From an uncultured Phycisphaerales bacterium (GTDB lineage Bacteria > Planctomycetota > Phycisphaerae > Tepidisphaerales > Tepidisphaeraceae): 64,000 bases of DNA. The position numbers and the translations under genes are program-made. Every line of letters begins with the position of its first letter. Position 1 is the stretch's first letter. The notes beneath the pieces are model-generated. The model saw only the letters and a list, made by a program, of their open reading frames with translations, was not told where the DNA came from and made no database searches. Positions 32,575-43,207 of this stretch are shown here, piece by piece. The stretch is from contig CAWJPJ010000005.1 in the NCBI GenBank assembly GCA_963844715.1, positions 288,001 to 352,000 of the forward strand, in the 5' to 3' direction.

Positions 32575-33925
32575 ATGAACGATTGGAGCGAGGCCGAACA
32601 TCGCGTCGAAAAGGCGCAGTGCTTCTTCGAGCAGCGCAAATGGAACGACGCGCTTCGCGAGTTGAAGCTGGCGACGCAGGTCAATCCCTACAATTCGTCC
32701 TGGTTCTTTAATATGGGGTTGATCCTGGACGAAATGGGCCGGTTCGAAGAGGCGGCCGAGGCGTATCAGGAGGCGACCCGGATCGATCCGCACGATCTGT
32801 CGACTCTGAATCACCTGGGGGTGGCGCAGTTCCGTGTGGGCCGGCACGATCAGGCGGTGGCCACCTTTAAGCAGATCGAATCGATCGACGCGACATACGA
32901 GCCGGCGTATTGCAATCGAATCATCGTTTACGCCCAGCTCGGGCAACATGAGCTGGCCGAGGAGATGTTTTACACCGCTCGGCTGTACAAGGAGCATTGC
33001 CCGCATTGCTTTTACAACATGGGGTGCAGCCTGGAGGCGCGCGGGCTATACGACAAGGCGATCTTCTGCTGGACCCGGGCCCTGGATTTGCAGGGAGGGC
33101 AGGGGGACGTTTATGTCCGCATCGGGCATGCACTTTGGAAAAAGCGCGAGCTGGAACAGGCGCGGCGATCGTTTCTGACCGATCTGCGGCTGAATCCAGG
33201 GCGGCACGCGTACGCTTCTCGATTTGGGCGAATTACTAATCGAAATGGGCCGGGCCGAGGAGGCCGCCGAGAAATTCCGGCGCGCCATCGAGCTTGCGCC
33301 GAACGAAGCCGGGGGACATTATCATCTCGGTCGTCTGCTGCTGCGCAACGGGCGGGAAGACGAGGCGCTCGACTGCTTCGTCAGCGTGCTGGAGCTGGAT
33401 CCGACTTATGTCGGGGCCCATCTCGGCGTGGGGAGGGTTTATTATGCCCGGCATCAACTGGCCGAAGCGCGCCGGGAGCTGCGCGCGGAGTTGCAGCTCC
33501 GACCGCAGAATTCCCGTATCCTGCTGGAATTGGGAAATTTGCTCATGGACTGCGGGGAAAGCCGGGCGGCGCTGGTTTGCCTGAAATCGCTGGTGGGGTT
33601 CGATTCGGAATTTCTATCGGGCTGGCTAAATCTGGCCGTCGTGCAGTTTCATCGGCATCTTTGGCAGGAGGGGATCGCCAGTTGCATGACCGTTTTGAAC
33701 AAGGATTCGCAGAATGGTCTGGCGATGCACAATCTGGCGCTGGCCTATGAGCGCCTGGGGCAATATCGCAGCGCGCTGACGTGGGTTCGCCGGGCCCAGA
33801 TGATTTTGGGAGAGGATTCGGCGCTGCGGGCACTGGAACTTCGCGTGCGGCTGCTTTGGATCAAAGCGCGGACCATCAAGATGGCCCGGCATCTGAGAAC
33901 GTTCTGGCCGGGGAATCGGCGCTAG
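32575..33925 (+). CDS. Tetratricopeptide repeat protein (frameshift)
   Basis: Successive TPR units across ORFs 32575..33750 and 33224..33925. Confidence 0.85.
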
Positions 33926-33945
33926 CGGGACATCGCGGGGTCTTT

Positions 33946-35673
33946 TTACGTTATTTTCGCCACAAGCAGGGTGACATCGTCGGTGCGGGTCGTGAAGCCG
34001 GCAAATCGGCGCATCGACCAGACGATGTTTTGCGCCACCACGTCGGCGCTGGCCCCTCCCTGAAGGAATGCTTCAATTAATCGCTGCCGGCCGAAGGTTT
34101 CCTTATGGAAATTCATGGCGTCGGTTAGTCCATCGGTGTAAAGCAGAAGAGTGTCGCCGACTCGAAGATCGACCAGGGATTGCGTGTATTTTTCGTCGGG
34201 ATTGACGCCCAGGACCATGTTGTCGCTGCCGAGTTCGATGATTTTGCCGTCGCGAAGGATGAGGGCGGGCGGGTGCCCGGCGTTGCAGTAGGTGAAGCGG
34301 CGGTTGCGGCCGTCGAGGACGCCATAAAATAGGGTGACGAATTCGCCGACGTTGCTGTCGCGGCGGACCATGAGATTGACGCGCCGGACGACTTCATAGA
34401 GGTAGTAAACGTTGTCGACCTGGGCGCGGAGGGCGGCGCGGACGGCGGCCATGGTCAGACTCGCGGGAATTCCTTTTCCGCTGACATCCGCGACAACGAG
34501 GCCGAGATTGTTGTAGGGCAACTGAATGAAGTCGTAAAAGTCGCCGCCCAAATCCTGGGAGGGGATGTAAATCGCGGAGAGATCAACGCCCGGGATGACA
34601 GGAGGCGTGTGGGGAATCATGCGCTGCTGCACCTGGGCAGCCATGTGGACCTGGCGCTCGAGCGCCTGGATTTGGATGGATTCCTCCAGGAGGCGCGCAT
34701 TTTCGATGGCGGCCGCGGCCTGCGCCGCGATGGCTTTCATCAGGTCGATTTGCAATTGAGTGAAGGATCGCTCTTTGTCGGTGTAGACCCGAAGCACGCC
34801 GATTGGCCTGCCCTTGTAGCGCATGCCGACGGAGAGCATCGAGACGATTCCCTCGAGTTTGGATTCGCCGGGGTATTGGGAGCGGGGGTCTTCGCCGAGA
34901 TTCTTCACGTATTCGTAACCCTTGCCCGCCAGGGCCTCGTGGTCGATCTGAGCTTTGCTGAGACGGATGGGACCCTTGTCGATGTATTGCCTCGAAAGAT
35001 TGTGGACGGCCTTGATGACCAGTTCGTCGCGGTCTGAATCGACCAGGCGCAGAGAGGAAGCCTTGGTTTGCATGACCTCGGCGACCAGTTCGACGGTTTT
35101 TTGAAGGACCTTGTCGACGTTCCGCGCGTCGGACAGCATCATGGCGACGTCGTAAACGGCCGTCAGTTCGTTGATCCGCTGGCGAAGCTGGAATTCCTGA
35201 TAACAAAGCCGGGCGATGGCGTTCGCCAGCAAATAAAGGAATTGAATGGCGGCGGGGTTGCCGGCGCGGGACCGCAGAAGTTGCCCCGCGATTTGCCGCA
35301 TTTGCTTTAGGTCAACCCCCAATTTTTCGGCCAGCTGAGTGAGCTTCGCCTCGTCAACCGGCATGGCGGGGCCGGCGGCGGACATGCGGATCGTGCCGAG
35401 CCGCTGGTTGGCGACCATGATGGGGGCGACGTACTCAGCGCCGGATTTCTGGGGGCCTTGGCGGGCGTCGTCCGCGGCGGCGGCATCAGCGATGGCGCGC
35501 TGGCGCTTGACGAATTCGGGGGTTGGAGCGGCCTGGGTGACGGTGTGGCCCTCGGCGTCGGCAATCGTCACTTTGACGTTTGCGACGGCAGCAAAACTAT
35601 CTTGGATTTCCTGAAGGGTGGGCAGATCCAAAAAGTCCGTGAGCTTCAGGTGGTCGGAGCCAAACTGCGTCAT
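33946..35673 (-). CDS. PocR-like sensor + GAF + SpoIIE/PP2C phosphatase (RsbU-like)
   Basis: LQEIQDSFAAVANV...YVAPIMVANQRLG (PocR-like); GAF region; GGDFYD, ADVSGKG, NAGHPP, YTDGL, DDVT. Confidence 0.88.
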   Translation of the reverse strand: MTQFGSDHLKLTDFLDLPTLQEIQDSFAAVANVKVTIADAEGHTVTQAAPTPEFVKRQRAIADAAAADDARQGPQKSGAEYVAPIMVANQRLGTIRMSAAGPAMPVDEAKLTQLAEKLGVDLKQMRQIAGQLLRSRAGNPAAIQFLYLLANAIARLCYQEFQLRQRINELTAVYDVAMMLSDARNVDKVLQKTVELVAEVMQTKASSLRLVDSDRDELVIKAVHNLSRQYIDKGPIRLSKAQIDHEALAGKGYEYVKNLGEDPRSQYPGESKLEGIVSMLSVGMRYKGRPIGVLRVYTDKERSFTQLQIDLMKAIAAQAAAAIENARLLEESIQIQALERQVHMAAQVQQRMIPHTPPVIPGVDLSAIYIPSQDLGGDFYDFIQLPYNNLGLVVADVSGKGIPASLTMAAVRAALRAQVDNVYYLYEVVRRVNLMVRRDSNVGEFVTLFYGVLDGRNRRFTYCNAGHPPALILRDGKIIELGSDNMVLGVNPDEKYTQSLVDLRVGDTLLLYTDGLTDAMNFHKETFGRQRLIEAFLQGGASADVVAQNIVWSMRRFAGFTTRTDDVTLLVAKIT

Positions 35674-35792
35674 CAATTCTCCGCTACGCAAGCGCTATCC
35701 GCCCATCCGTGGGCGGAGGCGAAATTGTAAGTACCCCGGCCCTTCAATCAACGTGAGGAGGTGCCCTATAATCGATCTTTTACGAGAGGCCG

Positions 35793-36557
35793 ATGGACGA
35801 GCCATTGAATTATATCGAGCGAGGCTGCGGACCTGCGGTTGTGCTATTGCACGGATTTCCGCTGGACTCCCGCGTGTGGGAGGGGCAGCTTGAGGAACTC
35901 GCCGATGAGTTTCGAGTGATCGCGCTGGATTTGCCGGGATTTGGGAAATCCGTTTCGATCGGGAAATTCACGATCGAGTCGCTGGCGGATATTGTGAGGA
36001 AGACGCTGGAGCGGATGGGGGCGCTGCCCTGCGTGCTGGGTGGATTGTCGATGGGGGGATATGTGGCGCAAGCTTTTGTCTCCAAATATGCGCAGAGTTT
36101 GCGCGGCCTGATGCTGATTGATACGCGGCCGAACGCGGACTCGGAGCAGGGGAAAGTCGCCCGCAATGAAATGATCGAACTAGCCAGAACGCACGGTTCG
36201 TCGGCGGTGGCGGAGCAAATGATGCCCAAGATGCTCGCGCCGGGAGCCGCGTCGGACGTGACGGCCCGATTGAGGGCGATCATGAACGCCTGCCCCGCGG
36301 AGACGATTCAAAATGCGGTGGCGGCGATGCGCGATCGGCCGGATTTTTCGACGATGCTGCAAAACTTGACGCTTCCGGCGCTGATTTTATGCGGGGAAAT
36401 GGACGTTCTTTCGCCGCCTGTGATCACGGAACAAATGCATCGTTTGGTCGCCGGATCGAATTTGGCAATGATCGCCGGGGCAGGGCACATGGCGCCGATG
36501 GAGCGGCCGAGAGAAGTTTCGGCGGCGATGCGGAGGTTTTTGAGAGCTTTGAAATGA
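35793..36557 (+). CDS. Alpha/beta hydrolase
   Basis: LLHGFP, DLPGFG, GLSMGG, AGHMAPME. Confidence 0.9.
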   Translation: MDEPLNYIERGCGPAVVLLHGFPLDSRVWEGQLEELADEFRVIALDLPGFGKSVSIGKFTIESLADIVRKTLERMGALPCVLGGLSMGGYVAQAFVSKYAQSLRGLMLIDTRPNADSEQGKVARNEMIELARTHGSSAVAEQMMPKMLAPGAASDVTARLRAIMNACPAETIQNAVAAMRDRPDFSTMLQNLTLPALILCGEMDVLSPPVITEQMHRLVAGSNLAMIAGAGHMAPMERPREVSAAMRRFLRALK

Positions 36558-36711
36558 CGAAACTCGACTGATAAATGTGCGCTGGCATCCGCCATGGCGG
36601 GACGAACCAAATTCCAATGATCGAATGAACTCGGTCATTCGGTAATTCGGAAATTGAATCGTCCCGCCATGGCGGATGCCGGCGCACATTCGTCATTCGA
36701 ATTTCGTCATT
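36553..36711. repeat. Long intergenic inverted repeat (~53-bp arms)
   Basis: aatgacgaaa...ggcatccgccatggcgggacga versus tcgtcccgccatggcggatgcc...tttcgtcatt. Confidence 0.88.
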
Positions 36712-36754
36712 CGTCAGTGTATGCTGGGCGGTCTAACTGGTGGAGCCTGGATTT

Positions 36755-38151
36755 ATGAATCGAGAACGAGCGGCCTGGATTATCAGCGTGGTGCTCCTGG
36801 CGATCCTGGCGTTTCAACTTCCCGGGTCGTGGGCGCAGCGAAGCGACGATTATGACTGGGTGCGCACGCTGGTTGAAGTTCATCGGCAAGTGCTCGACAA
36901 CTACGTTGAGCCGGTGGACGATCAGGAACTGAAGGAGAAGTCGATCGAGGGGATGCTCAGCGACCTCGATCCGTACACGATTTACGTGCCGCCGGAGAAG
37001 GAAACGCAGTTTGAAGAAATGATCGAGGGGAAGTTCAACGGCGTGGGGATCACGCTGGACAAGGAAGACGGAAAGATTCTGGTTCTCTCGCCGTTGGAGG
37101 GATCGCCGGCCGATCGCGCCGGGATCGAGGCGGGTGACGTGATCGTGAAAGTGAACGGGGATTCGACGGAAAATTGGCTGATTGACGACGTGGTGAAACA
37201 TGTGACGGGCGAAGCGGGCACGAAAGTGACGCTGACGATCGAGCGCGACGGCAAGGACATGGATTTTACCATGACGCGCGAGGAGATCGTTCTGCCGACG
37301 GTGGTCGGGTATGACCGGGCGAAGGACGCTTCGTGGAATTATTGGGTGAGCAACGATCCGAAGATCGCGTACATTCGCATTACGCAGTTTGACTCCAACA
37401 CGTTTGACACGCTGAACAGCATTCTGGAGGGGGTGCCGCCGACGCCCGGCACGCCGGGGAAACAGGGGCTGATGCAGGGCGGGCTGAAGGGCCTGATCAT
37501 CGATTTGAGATTTAATCCCGGCGGCCAGCTCGATCAGGCGATCAAAGTGGTGAATATGTTCGTGAAGAACGGGGTGATCGTAACAACCAAGGGCGCAACC
37601 GGCCTGAGAATGTGAATCGCGCGGATGGAACGGCGACGCTGACGGATTTCCCGATGATCGTGCTGGTGAACGATCATTCCGCCAGCGCGGCGGAAATCGT
37701 TTCCGGCAGCCTGAAGGATAATCACCGGGCTCTGGTGGTCGGGCAGCGAACCTTCGGCAAAGGGTCGGTGCAGGAAGTCGTGCCTCTGAATGGCGACGGC
37801 GGTGAATTGAAGATCACGGTGGCGTATTACTATTTGCCGAGCGGTCGCCTGGTGCATCGGAAGAAGAACGCGACGGACTGGGGCGTTGAGCCGCAGATCA
37901 TTGTGCCGGTGGATGAGGCCGGGGAGCGAGAAATCCGGGAGCAGATGGCCAGGCGGGATACGATCCGTCGCCCGGCGGCGACGATGACGGCATCCACCGC
38001 CCCATCCATTTTGGCCGGAGTTGCCGCGACGGAGCCGTCCACCCAGCCGGTCGATCCGCAATTGCAACAGGGATTGAATACGATGATCGGATTGATTTTC
38101 CTGAATCAGACGGCGCCGCCGGCCTCGCAGCCTTCGGCAATAGCCAATTGA
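36755..38151 (+). CDS. ctpA: C-terminal processing protease S41 (PDZ + peptidase; frameshift)
   Basis: GMLSDLDPY, IIDLRFNPGG, SASAAEIVSG, TFGKGSVQ. Confidence 0.92.
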
Positions 38152-38158
38152 AAACGCA

Positions 38159-38226
38159 TAGTTGCTGGTTGCTAGTTGTAAGTTGCTAGGGGGAAGTTTT
38201 CGCTAGCAACTAACAACTAGCAACTA
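38159..38226. repeat. Heptamer-repeat hairpin (AGTTGCT units)
   Basis: gttgctagttgtaagttgctag pairs with ctagcaactaacaactagcaac. Confidence 0.75.
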
Positions 38227-38231
38227 TTTTT

Positions 38232-39310
38232 ATGTTGATCCTCGGCGTTGAATCGACCTGCGATGAGACAGCGGCGGCGGTTGTCGCCGAGGGCGGGCGG
38301 GTTCTAAGTAATATTGTCTCCAGCCAGGTGGATTTGCATGCTCGGTATCGGGGGGTGGTGCCGGAGATTGCCAGCCGGGCGCATATCGAGAACATCTTGC
38401 CGGTGGTAAAGGAGAGTTTGCAGACCGCGGGGGTGGGTCTGGACGAAATCGATGGGGTCGCGGTTTCACAGCGGCCCGGGTTAATTGGATCACTTTTGAT
38501 CGGGGTTACGGCGGCGAAGACCTTGGCGTGGAGTTTGGGGAAGCCGCTGATCGGGGTGGATCATGTGCATGCGCACTTGTATAGCGTTTGTCTCGGGCAG
38601 CCATCGAAGCATGAAGAAATGCCCCTCACCCCTGCCCTCTCCCCGGAGTACCGGGGAGAGGGAGTAAGAATGCCGGCGGTGGGATTGGTTTGTAGCGGGG
38701 GGCATACGGCACTGTATCGGCTCAAGGATTGGCTGGATGTCGAACTCGTTGGATCGACCTTGGATGACGCAGTGGGGGAGGCGTACGACAAAGCGGCGGC
38801 GATTCTGGGTTTGCCGTATCCGGGGGGACCGGTGATCGATAAGCTGGCGGCGGAGGGTAATCCGAAGGCCATCAAATTTCCGCGCAGCTTACTGGGGCGG
38901 GAATCATTGGATTTCTCGTTCAGCGGACTCAAGACGGCCCTGCTTTATCGGATTCGAGGATATCAGGGGAGGGAGAGGGATGCGAAAAAGCTTTCGGCCG
39001 CGGAACTGGCGGATGTCGCGTCGTCGTTTCAGGCGGCTTGCGTGGATGTAATGGTCGAGAAAATCCGCCGGGCGGTCCGGCGGTTCTCGGCCAAGAGCGT
39101 AATCGTCGGCGGGGGCGTCTCCGCGAACAGCGGTTTGCCGCGGCATTGGCGAAGTTCGATTGGCCCGTGTATTTTCCACCGCTGAAGTATTGCACGGACA
39201 ACGCCGCGATGATCGCCGCTTTGGGACACCTGCTCCTGGCGGCGGGCCGAACCAGCGGATTGGATTTGGATGCGATCACGACCAGTCAATTCGCAGACGT
39301 ATCGGCTTAA
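38232..39310 (+). CDS. tsaD: tRNA t6A threonylcarbamoyltransferase TsaD (frameshift near 39145)
   Basis: LGVESTCDET, GVVPEIASRAH, HVHAH, SGGHT, DDAVGEAYDK, GGVSAN, CTDNAAMIA. Confidence 0.96.
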
Positions 39311-40118
39311 AAAGCTGCCGCCTCGCCCGGTGGAGGGACATAAGGGCCTGTTCGGCCGCGTGCTGGTCGTCGGGGGAAATGACGAGATGATCGGCGCGCC
39401 GGCCCTTGCGGCAACGGCGGCGCTGCGGATGGGGAGCGGGCTCGTGCAGGTTGCGGTCCCGCGGGCGATTCTTGCGGCGGTTCTCACAATTATCCCCGAG
39501 GCAATCGGATTGGCCTTGGACGAATCGCGCGCCGATCTGCAAAAACTGGAGGACGCGGCCGACAAAGCGGACGTTTTGGTGGTCGGGCCGGGGATGGGGA
39601 AGTCGGCGGCGGTGGGGAAGCGGATTATGGCGCTTCTCAGTTCCGGCAAGCCCGCCGTGGTGGACGCCGATGCGCTGAATTACCTGGCTTCGTTATCCAA
39701 ATGGCCGGCGAGTTTTAAGGGTCCGGCGGTATTGACGCCGCATCCCGGCGAAATGCATCGCCTCACGAAAAAGACGGTGCCGACGGATGACGGAGGGCGA
39801 ATCAAGCTTGCCATGACTACGGCGTGTTCGACTGGGAAGATTCTCGTGCTAAAGGGACATAAAACCGTCGTGACGGACGGGAATCGGATTTACGTCAATC
39901 ACACCGGCGACAGTTCGCTATCCAAAGCCGGGGCGGGGGATGTGCTGAGCGGGATAATCGCGTCGCTCATCGGCCAAAAGATCGAGATTTTCGACGCGGC
40001 TTGTTTGGGGGTGCATTTGCACGGATTGGCCGGGGCGATCGCCGGCCAGATTCTCGGGCGGCGATGCGTTTTGGCGCGGGATGTGATTGATTCGATTTCG
40101 GATGCGATGCGGCAGTAG
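39270..40118 (+). CDS. nnrD: NAD(P)H-hydrate dehydratase (stand-alone YjeF C-terminal domain)
   Basis: HKGLFGRVLVVGG, GAPALA, VVDADAL, LTPHPGEM, AGAGDVLSG. Confidence 0.92.
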   Translation: MRSRPVNSQTYRLKKLPPRPVEGHKGLFGRVLVVGGNDEMIGAPALAATAALRMGSGLVQVAVPRAILAAVLTIIPEAIGLALDESRADLQKLEDAADKADVLVVGPGMGKSAAVGKRIMALLSSGKPAVVDADALNYLASLSKWPASFKGPAVLTPHPGEMHRLTKKTVPTDDGGRIKLAMTTACSTGKILVLKGHKTVVTDGNRIYVNHTGDSSLSKAGAGDVLSGIIASLIGQKIEIFDAACLGVHLHGLAGAIAGQILGRRCVLARDVIDSISDAMRQ

Positions 40119-40119
40119 G

Positions 40120-40350
40120 TTCGTCGATACAGTGCCGAAGGCTCTCATACTCCTGGATCATGTCGGTCAACACGTCGAGATAGGCCGCCTGGTCTTTGCT
40201 GAGGTTGATCGAACCAACTAGCGCCCCGGCCATCCATAGCGCATGGTCGTATTTCACTTCATCGCGCAGGGGCTGCAATGGAAACAGGCGCACCAATTCG
40301 GCGTAAGCCTTGGGAATGGATTTGGAGTTTTGCTTCCTTGAGCGAACCAT
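40120..40350 (-). pseudogene. Truncated HigA-like antitoxin N-terminus
   Basis: FPLQPLRDEVKYDHAL...AYLDVLTDMIQEYE resembles the HigA N-terminal domain; no HTH follows and the frame runs antisense into nnrD. Confidence 0.55.
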
Positions 40351-40425
40351 TCGGTTCTCCATTCTCATTCCTCGGGGCGATGTCGCATATGCGTCGGGAT
40401 CTCTTGGACCGGAATTGCGTCCCCA

Positions 40426-41151
40426 TTATTTTCCCGCATGAATCGTCAAATACCCCATCACCACAACCGCGATCACAGCCCCGATAGACAGAAATACCGC
40501 CGCCGCCATCATGGCTGTAAATCGAGCAGCCTGCCGGCGGAGGATTTGGTCCAGGTCCGCATCGCGCGAGGAAAGATTGTCGCGAATGTTGCAGAGGACC
40601 TGGGTGCCGGCGGCGGAGTTTTTGCTCACGGATTCAAGGGCGGACCCGACGGTGTGGAGACTGTCGGCCATCGCTTTGTCCTGCTCGTTTAAGGTTTCGA
40701 CGCGGACGCGAAGGCCTTCGAGGAGGTCTTTTTGATCGCCGTGGGCGTCGGCTAATTTTTGCAGGATCTCGCCGAGCTTGCCTTGCTGGTCGGATTGGGA
40801 GACGAGTTGCTGTTGGATGGCCTTGACAGTGTCGCCTTGCATGCGAATGGCGTCGGGGAGAGTCTCCAGGACCTTGGGGAGGGCGGAGACTTGCGCGAGG
40901 AGTTCGTCCTGGCGGCGGCCCTGGCTTTCCATGTTCTGCCGGATCGAAGACATCAACTCGGTCAGAAGGGAAAACCCTTCCTGCAACTGAGCGATCGCGG
41001 CGTTGTTGCGTCCCCAGGGACGAAGCGCGACAGGCCTCGTTTCGACGACGACGGAAGGCTTGGCGGAATTGTCCGGTTCGGAGTGTCCGTTGGTTGAATC
41101 CGATCGGCGAAAGATTTTCCCCAAACGGCCGAAGAATGTGACTGAACTCAT
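40426..41151 (-). CDS. Coiled-coil protein with C-terminal membrane anchor
   Basis: Heptad-rich sequence, terminal hydrophobic helix, GGAGG SD. Confidence 0.75.
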   Translation of the reverse strand: MSSVTFFGRLGKIFRRSDSTNGHSEPDNSAKPSVVVETRPVALRPWGRNNAAIAQLQEGFSLLTELMSSIRQNMESQGRRQDELLAQVSALPKVLETLPDAIRMQGDTVKAIQQQLVSQSDQQGKLGEILQKLADAHGDQKDLLEGLRVRVETLNEQDKAMADSLHTVGSALESVSKNSAAGTQVLCNIRDNLSSRDADLDQILRRQAARFTAMMAAAVFLSIGAVIAVVVMGYLTIHAGK

Positions 41152-41235
41152 AGCGAAGCCTCCGTGCGAGCGCCAGCGGGATTTGCAGCGATTTTGCGGC
41201 AAATGTACCATCCGCGCGACAAGGATCAAGAGAGG

Positions 41236-41358
41236 AAACCCGAAATCAGAAACCAGAATGACGAATCAATGCCCGAATGCCCGAATGACCCAATGTCCAA
41301 AGTCATTGGGAAATTCGGTCATTCATTCGTCCTTCGTCATTTATCATTCGTCATTTGG
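41236..41358. repeat. AATGAC/GTCATT short-repeat hairpin overlapping the start of the binding-protein gene
   Basis: gaatgacgaatcaatgcccgaatgcccgaatgac ... gtcattgggaaattcggtcattcattcgtccttc. Confidence 0.7.
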
Positions 41359-42201
41359 CTAATCTGCGCGGGTCTCGTGCTCGCGGGATGTGAGCGCGAG
41401 GAGGTTAGGGGAACTCCTCCTCGGATCGCATCGGTGACTCCTGCCGGTACGGATTTGTTGATCGCGGTTGGGGGGGCGGATCATCTGGTGGCCGTGAGCA
41501 ATTATGATGACGATCGTGAGGGAATCACTGGCAAGCCCCGGATTGGGGATTATTCGAATGTGGATTGGGAGAAACTGGCTTCGGTGCATGCGCAGTATTT
41601 GCTGTTGCAGGAGTCGCCGGATCGAGTTTCGGATGCGATCAAGGAGCGATGCACGGAATTGGGGATCGCAATCGTTAACTTGAAGATAGAGACGATTCAG
41701 GACATTGAGAATACGATGGCGACGCTTGGCTCGTTGGTGTCGCCGGCAGCAACGACTCAGCCTGCTGTGGGCCAGTTGGAGGCGAAGCTGTCGCGGGTAG
41801 AGGCGCGCGTCAGCGGGCGGCCGAAGGCCCGCACTTTGATTGTGACCAGCGATGACGGATTGAGCGTGGCGGGGCCAGGGACTTTTTTGGATGAGCTGCT
41901 GACCATGGCAGGGGGAGAAAACGTGGCGGCCAGGCTGGGGCGGAGATACGCCGTGGTTGAGCCGGAGATGCTTTTGTCGATGTCGCCGGAGGTGGTGATT
42001 CAGTTGGTTCCGGATGGGGATCGGACGCCGCAGGTGATGGATCAGGCGAAGCGGTTCTGGTCGCAGATGGGAAGTTTGCCGGCGGTGAAAAATAATCGGG
42101 TTTACATTTTGACGGACTGGTTTGCGCTGGAGCCGGGCTCACACGTTGGGGAACTGGCTGAAGAATTCGCGGACTGCCTGCATCCCGAGACGAAGCAATG
42201 A
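41293..42201 (+). CDS. BtuF-like cobalamin/metal-chelate ABC substrate-binding lipoprotein
   Basis: LAGC lipobox; RIASVTPAGTDLL, GPGTFLDELLTMAGGEN, LPAVKNNRVY. Confidence 0.85.
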   Translation: MSKVIGKFGHSFVLRHLSFVIWLICAGLVLAGCEREEVRGTPPRIASVTPAGTDLLIAVGGADHLVAVSNYDDDREGITGKPRIGDYSNVDWEKLASVHAQYLLLQESPDRVSDAIKERCTELGIAIVNLKIETIQDIENTMATLGSLVSPAATTQPAVGQLEAKLSRVEARVSGRPKARTLIVTSDDGLSVAGPGTFLDELLTMAGGENVAARLGRRYAVVEPEMLLSMSPEVVIQLVPDGDRTPQVMDQAKRFWSQMGSLPAVKNNRVYILTDWFALEPGSHVGELAEEFADCLHPETKQ

Positions 42202-43204
42202 GGCGATGGAATTGGGAAGAATTGGGCAAGACAAGCGGAATCGCCGCGGGAGTGGCGGTGGCGTGGGGGCTGGTCTGCTTGCTCGTGGGATCGACGGGGG
42301 TCCATTGGCCGAACTGGGTGGAGTTCAAGTTCCGCCTCGAGTCGGTATGGGATTCGGCAATGATCGGCTTGGCGCTGGCCGCCGCCGGAGCCGTCTATCA
42401 GGCGATTCTGCGAAATCCCCTGGCCGATCCCTATCTCCTCGGAGTGAGCAGCGGCGCGTCCCTGGCCGGATTTCTCTGGAGATTGCCGATCTTCGCTCTG
42501 GCGAGCGGCTCGATTGGTTTTCTCTCGGCGATCAGCCAGCAGGGCTTCGCATTCGCGGGGGCGCTTCTGGCGGTGATCGTTGTCCTGGGACTCGCGGGGT
42601 GGCGCGGGCGCATCGATCCGGTGACGCTGGTGCTCATCGGCGTGATCGTAAACGCCGTGAACGGGTCGATTTTCTGCTCATCAATGCCCTGGTGCACGAT
42701 CTCCCCGCCAGCGGCGGGCCAATGGCGTTTTTGGTCGGAGGCGTGCAAGTCATCACGCATTGGCAGCGGGCCGCGGTGTCCGGATTGATTCTTCTGGGGA
42801 CGGTGTTTCTCGGGCTGATCAGCGGCGTGCTCAACGCGGCGGGACTTGAAGACGCCGAGGCGCACGGGCTGGGCGTATCGATTCAGAAAGTTCGTTGGAT
42901 GGGATTGATCGGGGCGTCCCTGGTAACCAGCGCGGCGGTTTGCGTAGGCGGGCCGATCGGATTTGTGGGACTGGTCAGCCCGCACATTGGGCGCCTTTTT
43001 GTGGGGCCGGACCAGCGCAAGCTATTTCCCATCTCCGCGGCCATCGGCGCGATCCTGGTCATGGCGGCGGATGCCCTGTCCCGATACCTGGCGGCGGAAA
43101 ATCGATTGGGGACCCAACTTCAAATCGGAATTTTGACCGGATTGCTCGGCGGTCCATTTTTCCTGTGGCTCCTGCTGAAATCCCGATCACTAGCGCGGAA
43201 ATGA
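42198..43204 (+). CDS. FecCD/BtuC-family ABC permease (frameshift)
   Basis: QAILRNPLADPYLLGVSSGA, GPIGFVGLVSPH, GGPFFLWLL. Confidence 0.92.
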
Positions 43205-43207
43205 TTT

